A stretch of DNA of 56,526 nt, filler included, from Squatina squatina (taxonomy: Eukaryota): the NCBI GenBank assembly GCA_031763465.1. It is 4 parts of 4 records of this genome, joined end to end, with 100 filler letters (N's around TTAATTAATTAA, not from the genome) between each part and the next. Parts side by side here need not be neighbours in the genome. Positions count along the whole stretch, not along the records: positions 27,175 to 42,342 come from JARFOE010000222.1; 3 more parts are not named here. One strand, 5' to 3'. The notes below the pieces were generated by a model. It made no database searches. It saw nothing but the letters and a program-made list of their open reading frames with translations, and was not told the origin of the DNA. Position 1 is the stretch's first letter. Every line of letters starts with the position of its first letter. Made by a program: the position numbers and the translations under genes. Positions 27,075-39,415 of the stretch are shown here, one piece after another.

Positions 27075-27174
27075 NNNNNNNNNNNNNNNNNNNNNNNNNN
27101 NNNNNNNNNNNNNNNNNNTTAATTAATTAANNNNNNNNNNNNNNNNNNNNNNNNNNNNNNNNNNNNNNNNNNNN
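27075..27174. other. Artificial scaffold-joining linker
   Basis: N44-TTAATTAATTAA-N44. Confidence 0.97.
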
Positions 27175-28194
27175 CCAGTGTCTCCAACAACCATTTTTGC
27201 TCAGAAAGCATCTTTTTAAATAAAATAATTGGGCTATGGAGATTTGTCTTGCTGGGGAGTCAGGTGACTTCCCTCTTTGACCAAGGGCTTTTTGCATCAC
27301 TTCTACCTGTTGATACTTTTGCCCATCCATGCTCTGCGCCTCACTCCTCGTGCTGCCTTCAGGCTGAATATCGAAATCCTGAGGTTGATGCCCTGTTGCT
27401 CGTGGACAAATAGTTTAGATGCAGTTAAGGGATACACTGCTAAGGCTTTGTGAGCGCCTGCGTGATTGGGGAGTCCTGTGAGGGGCCCATACCCGCAGTT
27501 TGAGAAGTTTCCGCAAAGATATAAAAATGAAGGTATTACAAGAAAGAAGTGAGTGGTTGGTGATCCTCAGCTGGCATAGGCAAGCACAGCCGGTTCTGAC
27601 AGCTTGAGTTGGGATGGTAGAAGATAGTGTGTAGACCGAATTCTTGGAATACAAAGCCTGAGCTGGGGTAGCCCATTCTTTAGTGGCCATGAATGCTGAG
27701 GGCCTGCTCCTTGAAAGGGGTGAGGTTCTTGAAAGAAGGTTCCCCACCTCATATTGCAATCTGCTCCCGCTTGTTATGTGCAGCTTCCCACTGTAAGATA
27801 GGATGCAGATGAAACAGTGTGTTCAGCTCCAGATGACAAGCCCACGTGAGAAGCGAGACTGTGAAGTGAGACTTGTGGATCATGCAGAGGCAGCGTCTTG
27901 CTAGCTTGACAGCTTGTATCTGTGGCGTATGCTTGTGCTGGGGGAAGAGTGTTATGCAAGGAAAGGAGTGAAGCCGTGATGGTTTGTGGACTAGTGCTAA
28001 AGAACCAGGATTGAGAAAGGTCAGCGTGCATAGTACTTTGGAGATCCAGCGCCTGTTTCTTTATGGCGGGCACTCCCAGTCGGTGGCCTATATTACCCCT
28101 TCTGGTGAGGTCATGGAGCTTCTTTCTGCCAGGTGTGGTGCACAGTGCTATCTGACTTAACATGCTTGGCCACTTCCTGCCATGTATTCCTCTA

Positions 28195-28777
28195 GATTTG
28201 ACCATTCCAACGCACTCCTGGCCGGCCTCTCATCTTTCCACCCTCTGTGGACTTAAGGTCATCTAAAACTCTGCTACCCATTTCATAACTCACACCAAGC
28301 CCCATTCACCATTATTCCTGTGCTCGCTGACCTACATTGGCTCCCCATTAAGCAAGGCCTCGATTTTAAAATTCTCATCCTTGTTTTCAAATCCCTCCAC
28401 GACCTCGCCCCTTCCCTATCTCTGTGATCTTCTCCAGACCCACAACCCTCCAAGATATCTGCGCTCCTCCAATTCTGGCTACGTGAGCATCTCTGATTAT
28501 AATCGCTCAACCAATGGCAGCCATGCCTTCAGCTGCCAAGGCCCCAAGCTCTGGAATTCCCTCTTTAAACTTCTCCACCTTTCTGCATCTCCTTCCTCCA
28601 TCTCCTTTCTCCTTTTAAGATGCTCCTTTAAACTTAGCTCTTTTACCAAGCTTTTGGTCACCTGCCCTAATTTCTCCTTTGTGGTTTGGTGTCAAATTTT
28701 GTTTGATAATCCTGCTGTGAAACGCCTTGGGATGTTTTACTACGTTAAGGATGCTGTATAAATACAAGTTGTTGTTT
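28195..28777 (+). mobile_element. L2 LINE 3' end (RT C-terminus plus tail)
   Basis: DHSNALLAGL...IIPVLADLHWLPIKQGLDFKILILVFKSLHDLAP...RYLRSSNSG...AFSCQGPKLWNSL, with tail gtgaaacgccttgggatgttttactacgttaaggatgctgtataaatacaagttgttgtt. Confidence 0.85.
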
Positions 28778-29154
28778 GAATTCCTTCAGTACCTAAACAT
28801 TGGCATGGTAAAGGATAGTACAGAATCATGGGTTACAACGAAAGGGAATGTATTAAGTGCCGGTACAACAAAATATTGGCCCGCAGTGGATCCTAAATTA
28901 ACATTAATTTTGTAAATATGTTCACAAATAGGTCTTCTCCGTTCATCCCTGACCCAGCCAAACCTACCCCTCCCTTCCTTCCATTTCATTTGAGGGAAAA
29001 TATCAGGTAGCAGTGAAAAGCTTTTTAAAAAAGGTTCCTGTGCCATGTTGAGGAATGGTGATCAATGCAGCCCTGCTGCTGGGTCAGTTCTGGGCCTACA
29101 CATTTAATAGTTTGACCTGATTTGAAGTGCCTGACCCATGTGATTGGCTTTTAG

Positions 29155-29295
<141 letters not shown>

Positions 29296-30362
29296 ANNNN
29301 NNNNNNNNNNNNNNNNNNNNNNNNNNNNNNNNNNNNNNNNNNNNNNNNNNNNNNNNNNNNNNNNNNNNNNNNNNNNNNNNNNNNNNNNNNNNNNNNTCCT
29401 CGTTTTCATTGCCCCAAAGGTTGCGACAGGCGGGGTCTGGCCCATGATTTGACTCGAGGCTCAGCTTCATATTCTATGTACTAAAATTATATATAGGAGG
29501 GTTTAAAAAAAAAAACACCTGTAGGGTAATGTTCAGCTGTGCCCTATGTGGGAAGCTTGGGGACTGGATCAGCCACCTGCTGGAGAATTTGTCCCATTTA
29601 TCTGCCCCAGTGTTGGAAGCTCCACAATTCACACCTACAGCAGTGACCGTTAGTACAAAAACAATAACAACTAGATGTGGAGGATGAGGGATGAAAAGCT
29701 GGGTAGGGAGTCAGGGTTTGTACTGTGAAGTAAACCTAGTCAGTAAGTTTTCAAACTGTTTCTACCCCTCCACACTACAAAACACTGGTATAGTAGAATC
29801 TTGTAGCAGAGGAGGCCTTTTGGCCCATTGACCTGTGCCAGCACCAGCTCTTTGAAAGAGCTATCCCATTAATCCCACTCTCCTACAAACTTTTTGTTTG
29901 GTACAGTCCTCAATGTCTCAACCCTTTACATATGACCTTCCATTATTTCTCTACCCCTAGAGACAGGAACTGATTCCAGAGCCAGATCCAACACCTGCCA
30001 CTTCATGAGGCACAGCAGGCTCATTAGAAAAGGCCATTGTCCCACATTCATGTTCTTTTTATAAATTAGAGAAAGCATAACTTCAAGTGGTCAATTTGTC
30101 TTATTTCACCTTGGATCAGTGTGAAGATGAAACATGCCCATACAGTCACATTGCATCCTCCCCTCCCCTCTTGGGTACCATGGATTCTCATGTGTAAATT
30201 TGTACAATGGAATATATTGTCAGTTTGCTATAGAGCATGGATACAAAATTTTGATAGATAATNNNNNNNNNNNNNNNNNNNNNNNNNNNNNNNNNNNNNN
30301 NNNNNNNNNNNNNNNNNNNNNNNNNNNNNNNNNNNNNNNNNNNNNNNNNNNNNNNNNNNNNN

Positions 30363-30528
30363 CATGGGAGTTTTAACCCATTCTATTCTCTAAAGGAGTT
30401 TTAACCCATTCCATTCTCCATGGGAGTTTTAACCCATTCTATTCTCTAAAGGAGTTTTAACCCATTCCATTCTCCATGGGAGTTTTAACCCATTCCATTC
30501 TCTAAAGGCATGCTAACCCACTCCATTG
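30363..30528. repeat. Minisatellite with a 28-bp unit and alternating variants (56-bp dimer)
   Basis: CATGGGAGTTTTAACCCATTCTATTCTC alternates with TAAAGGAGTTTTAACCCATTCCATTCTC; about 5 copies plus a degenerate sixth. Confidence 0.92.
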
Positions 30529-30573
30529 TGAATGACAGTGATGATCCACTCTATTACCTATGATTATTCTTAC

Positions 30574-30738
30574 CTACTCCATTCTCCATGAAGTCTACTG
30601 TAGGCCAGATGAGTAACAGTACATCTTGAACAAGCTGTACCTCAGGACAATCGACTTGCTGAGTGCACGCATAAAAATCCTCCAGCAAGCACTTCATTCC
30701 TGCGGTTTGTGTTTTACAAAGTATCCATTCCATATTCC
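30574..30738 (-). CDS. NWD1: NACHT and WD repeat domain-containing protein 1-like internal exon
   Basis: ttctcag|(G)NMEWILCKTQTAGMKCLLEDFYACTQQVDCPEVQLVQDVLLLIWPTVDFMENGV|gtaaga, 165 nt, phase 1-1. Resembles human NWD1 GSMSWISC...GIEDLLDDFDLCAPHLDSPEVGLVREALQLCRPAVE. Confidence 0.7.
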
Positions 30739-31297
30739 CTGAGAATTCAAAATAACCAGATATGTTAGCACAGAGCTGAAGGTACGTATTATTGCTAAAC
30801 CTAAGCATGGCCTTTAGAAGAGTATGTGATGCTGCTGTCAATTCAAACATTACGGATGGGAAAATGTCATCCTGTAGAAAGCTGTTCGGGAGGATCCAAA
30901 TTAAGATGGTGCTTTGTGAAGACTGTGGGATGGAAATTGTGTCAAGATTGGGACAGCTGAGACATTTACTGGGCAAAGACAATTTTAACAAATGACAAGG
31001 CCAGAATTAAAGAAACAAACATAAAGATTGCTTGCCATTAATTACTACCACTCCTCAGAAGCACTGAGATGGACACAGAAGGGCCTAGAACAACAACAAG
31101 AAACTTTTCTTGTCACCTGAAAGGAATGGTCACGCAAACAGGAGGTTTGTGCTTTCTGTCCATCTTGTTATCTGAATGAGAATATATCCCAACCCAAACA
31201 AGACATTCTTTCTCAATTTGTGTGCCTCACTCAAGCTTTTCTATATCCTTCTATCTATCTACACATACAAATATATATATATATATCTCCCAAAACT

Positions 31298-31425
31298 GCT
31301 GCATTCCCTCAGTACTGCACTGGGAATGTTAGCCTGGATTATGTGCTCAAGTCTTTGGAGTGGGACTTAAACCCACGACCTCCTTACTCAGAGGCGAGAG
31401 TGTTACCAGATGAACCATGGCTGAC
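31298..31425 (-). mobile_element. DeuSINE tRNA-derived head fragment
   Basis: gcattccctcagtactgcactgggaatgttagcc...gtgggacttaaacccacgacctccttactcagaggcgagagtgttacc matches 2293-2405. Confidence 0.75.
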
Positions 31426-31536
31426 CCTATATTTTANNNNNNNNNNNNNNNNNNNNNNNNNNNNNNNNNNNNNNNNNNNNNNNNNNNNNNNNNNNNNNNN
31501 NNNNNNNNNNNNNNNNNNNNNNNNNNNNNNNNNNNN

Positions 31537-33568
31537 CCTCCCTGTCACGCACACCCCCTGTCACACTCTCCCTCTGTCACAATCTCCCCCTGCCACACGC
31601 TCTCTCTGTCACACTCACTCTCTGTCAAACTTCCTCACCGTCACACACCCTCACCATCACACACCCTCACTGTCACACTCCCTCACCATCACACTCGCTC
31701 ACTATCACACTTCCTCATAATCACACTCCATCACCGTCACTCTCCCTCTCTGTCACACTCGCTCCTTGTCACATTCCCTCTCTGTCACACTCCCTCTCTG
31801 TCACACTCCCTCTCTGTCACACTCCCTCAACGTCACACTCCCTCCCTGTCACGCTATCCTCCTGTCACGCACTCCCCCTGCCACACTCTCCCCCTGCCAC
31901 ACGCTCTCCCTGTCACACTCCCTCTCTGTCACACTTCCTCACCGTCATACACTATCATCGTCACACTCCCTCACCGTCATACACTATCATCGTCACACTC
32001 CCTCACCGTCACACTCACTCACTATCACACTTCCTCACCATCACACTCCCTCACCGTCACACTTCCTCTCTGTCACACTCGCTCCCTGTCATATTCCCTC
32101 GCTGTCACACTCCCTCTCTGTCACACTCCCCCTCTGTCTCACTCTTCTTCTGTCACACTCCCTCTCTGTCCCAGTCTCTCTCTGTTACACTCCCTCCCCG
32201 TCACATACCCTCACCATCACACTNNNNNNNNNNNNNNNNNNNNNNNNNNNNNNNNNNNNNNNNNNNNNNNNNNNNNNNNNNNNNNNNNNNNNNNNNNNNN
32301 NNNNNNNNNNNNNNNNNNNNNNNGCATTCCCTCACTGTCACACTTCCTCACCGTCGCACTCCCTCCCTGTCACACTCTCTCCCTGTCACACACCTTCACT
32401 GTCACAGTCCCTCTCCATCACACTCCCTCTCCATCACACTCCCTGTCACACTATCTCCCTGTCGCATTCCTTCCCTGTCGCAGTTCCTCCCGATCACACT
32501 CCCTCTCCAACACACTCCCTGTCACACTCACTCCCTGTCACACTTTCTCCCTGTCACACTCCTTCCCTGTCACAGTCCCTCTCCATCACACTCCCTGTTA
32601 CACTATCTCCCTGTCACACTCCCTCCCTGTCACACTCCTGGTCACACTCCCTTCCTGTCACACTTCCTCCCTGTAGCACTCCCTCCCTGTCGCACTTTCT
32701 CCCTGTCACGCTCCCTCTCCGTCACACTCCCTGTGACACTATCTCCCTCTCACACTCCCTGTCACACTATGTCCCTCTCACACTCCCTCCCTGTCACACT
32801 CCCTCCCTATCACACTCCCTGTCACACTATCTCCCTCTCACACTCCCTCCCTGTCACACTCCCTCCCTATCACACTCCCTGTCACACTATCTCCCTGTCG
32901 CATTCTTTCCCTGTCACACTCCGTCCCTGTTACACTCCCTCCCCATCACACTCCCTGTCACACTATCTCCCTGTCACACTATCTCCCTCTCACACTCCTT
33001 CCCTGTCACACTCCCTCCATGTCGCACTCCCTCCCTTTCGCACTCCCTCTCCATCACACTCCCTGTCACACTATTTCCCTGTCACACTCCCTCCCTGTCA
33101 CACTCCCTCCCTGTCGCACTCCCTCCCTGTCGCACTCACTCCCTGTCGCACTCACTCCCTGTCGCACTCCCTCCCTGTCACACTATTTCCCTGTCACACT
33201 TACTCCCTGTCACACTCCTTCCCTGTCGCACTTTCTCCCTGTCACACTCCCTCTCCAGCACACTCCCTGTCACACTATCTCCCTGTCAAAATCCTTCCCT
33301 GTCACACTCCTTCTCTGTCGCACTCCCTCCCTGAGACATTTCCTCCCTGTCGCACTCCTTCCTGTCACACTCCTTCACCATCACACTTCCTCACCGTCAC
33401 ACTCCCTCCCTTTCGCTCTCCCTCACTGTCACACTTCCTCACCGTTGCACTCCCTCCCTGTCACACTCCCTCTCTATCACACTCCCTCCCTGTCACACTC
33501 CCTCCCTTTCGCTCTCCCTCACTGTCACACTTCCTCACCGTTGCACTCCCTCCCTGTCACACTCCCTC
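31537..33568. repeat. Degenerate ~13-17 bp simple satellite (CCCTGTCACACTCCCT)n, about 2 kb, strongly C/T strand-biased
   Basis: More than 100 TCACACT-type cores with higher-order sub-blocks. It generates the spurious His/Thr/Pro/Ser/Leu ORFs at 31417-33687. Confidence 0.95.
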
Positions 33569-34352
33569 NNNNNNNNNNNNNNNNNNNNNNNNNNNNNNNN
33601 NNNNNNNNNNNNNNNNNNNNNNNNNNNNNNNNNNNNNNNNNNNNNNNNNNNNNNNNNNNNNNNNNNNNACATGACACAGAAAATTGACACTTGAAGTGTG
33701 ATGGATAGGAGATGCACACCAGTCGAAGCTTTTCACAATGTCACGAGCAACGTTCCCTTGATTCCCCTCAAGAGTTAGAGGAGGTGCTGCTTTATAAGGA
33801 AAGGAACATCTTGCCTACCATCTTATTGTGTGTTCGGGCTTACAAAGGTAAGCGATTAAAATCGAGTGCATAAGTAAAGGAACTCCCTCTACTAATAGTC
33901 ACTGGTTTAATGTTGTCGCAGAAATCCTGGCAGAATCATGAAATTCAATCACCAAAACAATGGGAAAGGTCCCAGAATAGCATGAAATGAAAAACCGTTT
34001 TATTCCGTCACTAAATCAGTGCCTCTGATAGTTCATTGTGCTGTACGTAGCACAATAGCCCTATTGTTTCAATACAGGCTATCCTCTTGCTCACTGTGGG
34101 CAACATCACTGAAGCTCTGCTGGACTGAGTGTGTATGTATCAGCAGATTACTCATGGTAGTTTGCAGTTTGAGCACATGCTTTTTATAACCATAAAGGTG
34201 CCCTCAACAAAGTGGGAGAGGGAAGATGTTACAGGAAATGAGTGTGACATCAGTAAATATGTTGTCTATATGCAGGGCTTATATTTTTCTATTGATGTAT
34301 TTTCTAACTTTGGTCTCTGATGTACTAAATATGGCTACCATCACTCCCCCAG

Positions 34353-34598
34353 GGGAAGTCACTCAGTCTCATTTGCGGAGCACTCACTTGGCTCAGAGAC
34401 TTTGAAGAGAAAAAAAAACTGGAAGCAGCCCAGCTTTTGGAAGATCGTGTGCCACAGCAAGGGCAGTCCCAGGATCTCCAGAATTCATCGGGTGTTGGCT
34501 CCAAGGGGTCTGAAGCCAAGGCCTCAGGGGGTGAATTAGACTGGATCACGGAATTTGTGCAGAAGAAGGCCGAGCGGGATCTGGTCGATAAGTTAAAG
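34353..34598 (+). CDS. DDX11: DDX11/ChlR1 Fe-S helicase exon (end of Walker A, GKS)
   Basis: cccag|GKSLSLICGALTWLRDFEEKKKLEAAQLLE...LDWITEFVQKKAERDLVDKLK|gtcagt, 246 nt. Confidence 0.93.
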
Positions 34599-34903
34599 GT
34601 CAGTCTAGTCATAGATTTGTGGTTTTTGCATTTGATTACCTTTATTTGCTATTGGGAGTCATGCCATTTGGATTTTCTAGCTAAACAAACCTAACTCTTC
34701 AAATAGTGGGGTTGCCCGCTCCTCTGAAGGTTCAACTGGTATGTGAGGAAACCAGTCTATCTAACTGTCTGCTACACTGATATGTGAAAATTCCAGTGGA
34801 TTGNNNNNNNNNNNNNNNNNNNNNNNNNNNNNNNNNNNNNNNNNNNNNNNNNNNNNNNNNNNNNNNNNNNNNNNNNNNNNNNNNNNNNNNNNNNNNNNNN
34901 NNN

Positions 34904-35030
34904 CTCTGGACATCCCAAAGTACTTTACAGCCAATGTAGTTACTGTTGTAATGTAGGAAACGTGACAGCCAATTTGTGCACAGCAAAGTCCCACAAACAA
35001 CAATGAGATAAATGACCAGATAATCTGTTA
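34904..35030 (-). mobile_element. DeuSINE 3' part
   Basis: ggacatcccaaagtactttacagccaatg...gtaatgtaggaaacgtgacagccaatttgtgcacagcaaagtcccacaaac matches 2014-2130. Confidence 0.75.
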
Positions 35031-35311
35031 CAAATGTTCTGCAGTCTTTTTCTGCCAACAACCTTTATTCTCATCGTGATTCTCTGAGTTTTTATACAGA
35101 TAATATGATTTGATAATGCCTCTTGTTTAGTACATTGTTTTGTCTGGTTGGTTCTATGTAAAGAGATGATTGTAATTTATTAATCATTGAATTGACTAAA
35201 TTGGAGTGAGAGAGGTTTTCTTTCAGTGGAAACAGTGCCCATCGGGTCCAGTAAGCCACTTCTTGGAGTGCAGGATGCACGACACCTGCTCCAATCACAT
35301 TTTTCTATTAG

Positions 35312-35523
35312 CTGACAGAAAAGGCAACGGGGATGAGGAAGAGACCCCAAAACGGAAACGCAAGAGCCGTGTGACCTGCCCGTTCTACAGCCACGAGCAG
35401 ATGCAGTTCCTGCGCGATGAGGTGCTGGTGGAGGTGAAGGACATTGAACAGCTGGTGTCGCTGGGGAAGGAGATGAAGGCGTGTCCATACTACGCCAGCC
35501 GCTACGCCATTCCGCCAGCACAG
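35312..35523 (+). CDS. DDX11: DDX11 exon (Fe-S cluster region, CPFY/CPYY)
   Basis: attag|[70 protein letters not shown]|gtacgg. An alternative acceptor at 35318 is possible. Confidence 0.93.
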
Positions 35524-35789
35524 GTACGGGGAAGGTTCACCTTGTTAATAAGCGCTTGGCAACAAAATTAAATCCCAGATTTTAACATTTGTTTTTGGGA
35601 TGTGGGTGTCACTGAAACAACCAGCAGTGGTGGGCGGTGTTCCCTCGAGGCTGCGCAGCGATTGGAAAGGTCCCGTACCCGTCACTCACAAGCTTCTCCA
35701 TTTGTAAATACTGTGCATGTGCAGAAATTTAAAGGGACCGTGCACTAAAAGAAACCGGCTATGCAGCACAAAGCGCAGCTTACAAGAAA

Positions 35790-35932
35790 AATTGTGGTGG
35801 GCTTTCTGCTTGAACCGCTGCAGTCCGTGCAGTGAAGACACTCCTACAATGCTATTAGGTAGGGAGTTCCAGGAACTTGACCTAGTGGTGATGAAGGAAC
35901 GGTGATATACGTCCAAGTCGGGAGGCAAACTC
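35790..35932 (-). mobile_element. LINE 3' end fragment (same family as 43265-43375)
   Basis: Antisense SWNSLPNSIVGVSSLHGLQRFKQKAHH. Confidence 0.7.
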
Positions 35933-37111
35933 NNNNNNNNNNNNNNNNNNNNNNNNNNNNNNNNNNNNNNNNNNNNNNNNNNNNNNNNNNNNNNNNNNNN
36001 NNNNNNNNNNNNNNNNNNNNNNNNNNNNNNNNNNNNNNNNNNNNNNNNNNNNNNNNNNNNNNNNNNNNNNNNNNNNNNNNNNNNNNNNNNNNNNNNNNNN
36101 NNNNNNNNNNNNNNNNNNNNNNNNNNNNNNNNNNNNNNNNNNNNNNNNNNNNNNNNNNNNNNNNNNNNNNNNNNNNNNNNNNNNNNNNNNNNNNNNNNNN
36201 NNNNNNNNNNNNNNNNNNNNNNNNNNNNNNNNNNNNNNNNNNNNNNNNNNNNNNNNNNNNNNNNNNNNNNNNNNNNNNNNNNNNNNNNNNNNNNNNNNNN
36301 NNNNNNNNNNNNNNNNNNNNNNNNNNNNNNNNNNNNNNNNNNNNNNNNNNNNNNNNNNNNNNNNNNNNNNNNNNNNNNNNNNNNNNNNNNNNNNNNNNNN
36401 NNNNNNNNNNNNNNNNNNNNNNNNNNNNNNNNNNNNNNNNNNNNNNNNNNNNNNNNNNNNNNNNNNNNNNNNNNNNNNNNNNNNNNNNNNNNNNNNNNNN
36501 NNNNNCCCAGATGTTAGTGTAAGGATGTCTGGGCTGGGACTGCCTTTGTCTTATGCTGATCTAAAGATGTTATTTAAACTTTGGTCCTCTTTCTCAAAAG
36601 TGAAAGTTGCTTGGTGATGTAAGTGAAATATCTTGGTTTAGTTTGAACTGGATGGTGATACCACTTTAAATCCAATGACAATACATAAGGCAGTTGGTGT
36701 AAAAGCCGACAGCAGTTACCCAGTTGCAAGATCGGCTTCAACTAATGTTCATTAACCATCGACTTGAGGAGCAAAGTTACGTTGAAAGGAACACACACCT
36801 GTGCGACAGCTGTATCTCTCTCCCCACGCCTGCCATCACTTAATCTGGGGATGTTGATCCTACGATCAATCAAAGTGCCTCAAATTGCTTCCCCAGCTAC
36901 AATGGACTAGCTCGACACAGGCCAGGGGCAATGCCAGCCAGATTTCTGGTTGGTGTGGCTCAGCGACTGTTTGGTTCTTGTGGGTTTTATGAAGTTGTGA
37001 AATGATTATTGGATCAGGGGCGGTTTGGATCAGGCATTTGGTTCAAAGTGGATGGTGAATTAACACTGCCTCTCTGCGATGGTTTTCATCGGTTCCCTCT
37101 ATTTCTGACAG

Positions 37112-37264
37112 CTGGTGGTGATGCCATACCAGACGCTGCTACACAGCTCGACCAGGCGTGCATCTGGAATCAAACTGAAGGGGCAGGTGGTGGTAGTTGA
37201 CGAGGCGCACAACCTGATTGATACCATCACTGGCATTCACAGCTACGAGGTGACGGGGTCACAG
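37112..37264 (+). CDS. DDX11: DDX11 exon containing the DEAH (Walker B) motif
   Basis: tgacag|[51 protein letters not shown]|gtgggt, 153 nt. Confidence 0.95.
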
Positions 37265-37299
37265 GTGGGTACTGCTGTAGAGAAGCTGAGATTGTGGTC

Positions 37300-37810
37300 A
37301 TTTAGAATTATACAATGATACAGCACAGAAGGACACATTTAGCCCATTGTGCCTGTGTCAGCTCTTTGAAAGAGCGATCTAATTAATCCAAATCCACTGC
37401 TCTTTCCCCATAGCCCTGCAAATTTTTCCTTTTCATGTATTTATCCCATTCCCTTTTGAAAGTTACCATTGAATTTGTTTCCACCACCCTTTCAGGCAGT
37501 GCACTCCACATCAGAACAACTCGCTGCATAAAAAATGTTTCCACGTGTCGCCTCTGGTTCTTTTGCAAATCACCTTAAATCTGGGTCCTCTGGTTACCAA
37601 TCCTTCTGCCACTGGAAATCATTTCTCCGCATTTACTCAATTAAAACCCTTCAAACCTAGAAATTAGGAGCAGGCGTAGGCCATTCGACCCTTCGAGCCT
37701 GCTCGACCATTCAATACGATCATGGCTGATCGCCCAAATTCAGTACCCTGTCCCTGCTTTCTCCCCATATCCCTTGATCCCTTTAGCAATAAGAACTATA
37801 TCTAACTCCT
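37300..37810 (-). mobile_element. Two adjacent CR1 LINE 3' ends (subfamily boundary at ~37655)
   Basis: Antisense FFMQRVVLMWSALPERVVETNSMVTFKREWDKYM. A second tail begins ctagaaattaggagcaggcgtaggccattcgacccttcgagcctgct. Confidence 0.85.
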
Positions 37811-38468
37811 NNNNNNNNNNNNNNNNNNNNNNNNNNNNNNNNNNNNNNNNNNNNNNNNNNNNNNNNNNNNNNNNNNNNNNNNNNNNNNNNNNNNNNNNNN
37901 NNNNNNNNNNATATTTTTACAATATTTTTTGGTGAATTTTATTCTGATGAGGTAAGGGATGTTAATGCTGGAGAATGGAACACTTTCCATTTCAGTCACC
38001 CAGGGTGATTATTCAGGAGTCCCAGGGCAGGTACTGTACACTTGGACACACTGCAAAGCTTCTTCTACTCTGTCCCATCAAACTCTCTCGGGGCAGATAC
38101 AGCAGGGGTTAAGTACAGGGTAAAGCTCCCTCTACCCTGCCCCAAGAATATGCCTCAGCCCCTACCTCCAAAAACTGCTCACTCCTGCGCTGTTTCCCAC
38201 TCCAGGGATCCTAGGCCAGTTAGTGTCAAATTTGAGCCTAATGTTAGCCTGTGACCTCTAGGAAGTGGATACAGACTGTCCAAACTCACCACTGGGGCCC
38301 TTCCAGCTAGCAGGGAGAGGAGACCTTCACCCCATCAGTCTGGCTTGAACCCAGTGCCTCATCCCACTGGAACATCCGGTTCTTACTTTTATAGTCTGCT
38401 TTTTATTGTTAGTGCTTTCTTTGTGTGTTTGAACTTTTTATTCACTCCTTTTTATTATGATTACCCAG

Positions 38469-38513
38469 GAAAAGTTGGACAAAATCCTAACACACAGAAG
38501 ATTTTTCAGGGAG
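38469..38513 (+). CDS. DDX11: DDX11 45-nt micro-exon
   Basis: acccag|(G)KVGQNPNTQKIFQG|gtaggt, phase 1-1. Matches human GNIKQNPNTQSLSQTG and lies in the correct order. Confidence 0.8.
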
Positions 38514-38904
38514 GTAGGTGACTGAGCTCTTCAACACTTTGAAGTATTCTAAGCTGCTTACTTTGAACATATTAGAAAAACTGCCCTCCCTTCAGTTATC
38601 CAGTCACTTTGGCCCCACTGGTGTTCTGATAGGTGTGGAAATGACACTGTAGGCCNNNNNNNNNNGCCTGTACACTCTGATATATCTTCAGTGAAGCCTT
38701 TGTACATTTTGACTATTTGGTGTATTTGTGAGTGGAGGATGTTCTGACATTAGCTTACTTGGTACTGGGAGCAATGTGTGTTGGAGGATTGAGGTAATCC
38801 ATCCTCTCATTGGAGAGGATGTGGAACTATGCATAACTGATGACTCGTTTGGGTGAGGCAAGTGTTCTTGGTTTAAGGCAGGTCGCTGCTGCTGGCCAAT
38901 TGCT

Positions 38905-39415
38905 CTCTCGGGATATGGTTTTGGTGTTGTATAGAGCCTTAATTAGACCCCATCTGGAGTGCTGAGTTCCGATCTGGACACCACACCTCAGGAAAGTTAT
39001 ATTGACCTTGGAGTGCAGATTCATCAGAATGATACCNNNNNNNNNNNNNNNNNNNNNNNNNNNNNNNNNNNNNNNNNNNNNNNNNNNNNNNNNNNNNNNN
39101 NNNNNNNNNNNNNNNNNNNNNNNNNNNNNNNNNNNNAGAATAAGGGATTGGCCATTGAGGACTGAGATGAGGAGAAATTTCTTCACTCGGAGGGTGGTGA
39201 ATCTTTGGAATTCTCTACCTCAGAGGGCTGTGGAATCTCAGTCGTTGAGTATATTCAAGACAGAGATCGATAGATTTTTGGATATTAAGGGAATCAGGGG
39301 GTAGTGCAGGTAAGTAGAGTTGAAGTAAAAGATCAACCATGATCTTGTTGAATGATGGAGCAGGCTCGAGGGGCCATATGGCCTACTCCTGCTCCTATTT
39401 CTATGGTCTTATGTT
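38905..39415 (+). mobile_element. CR1 LINE 3' end (spans a 100-N gap)
   Basis: LYRALIRPHLEC...; RTEMRRNFFTRRVVNLWNSLPQRAVESQSLSIFKTEIDRFLDIKGI; tail tggcctactcctgctcctatttctatggtcttatg. Confidence 0.88.

Noticed and set aside
30363-30528. CRISPR-like array (28-bp repeats), also considered for 6812-6945
   Set aside because: Head-to-tail units without unique spacers, no cas genes, and a vertebrate context.
31417-33687. Long ORFs of 222-522 aa rich in His/Thr/Pro/Ser/Leu/Cys
   Set aside because: These are translations of a C/T-biased simple satellite. They are open in all three frames and run through N gaps.
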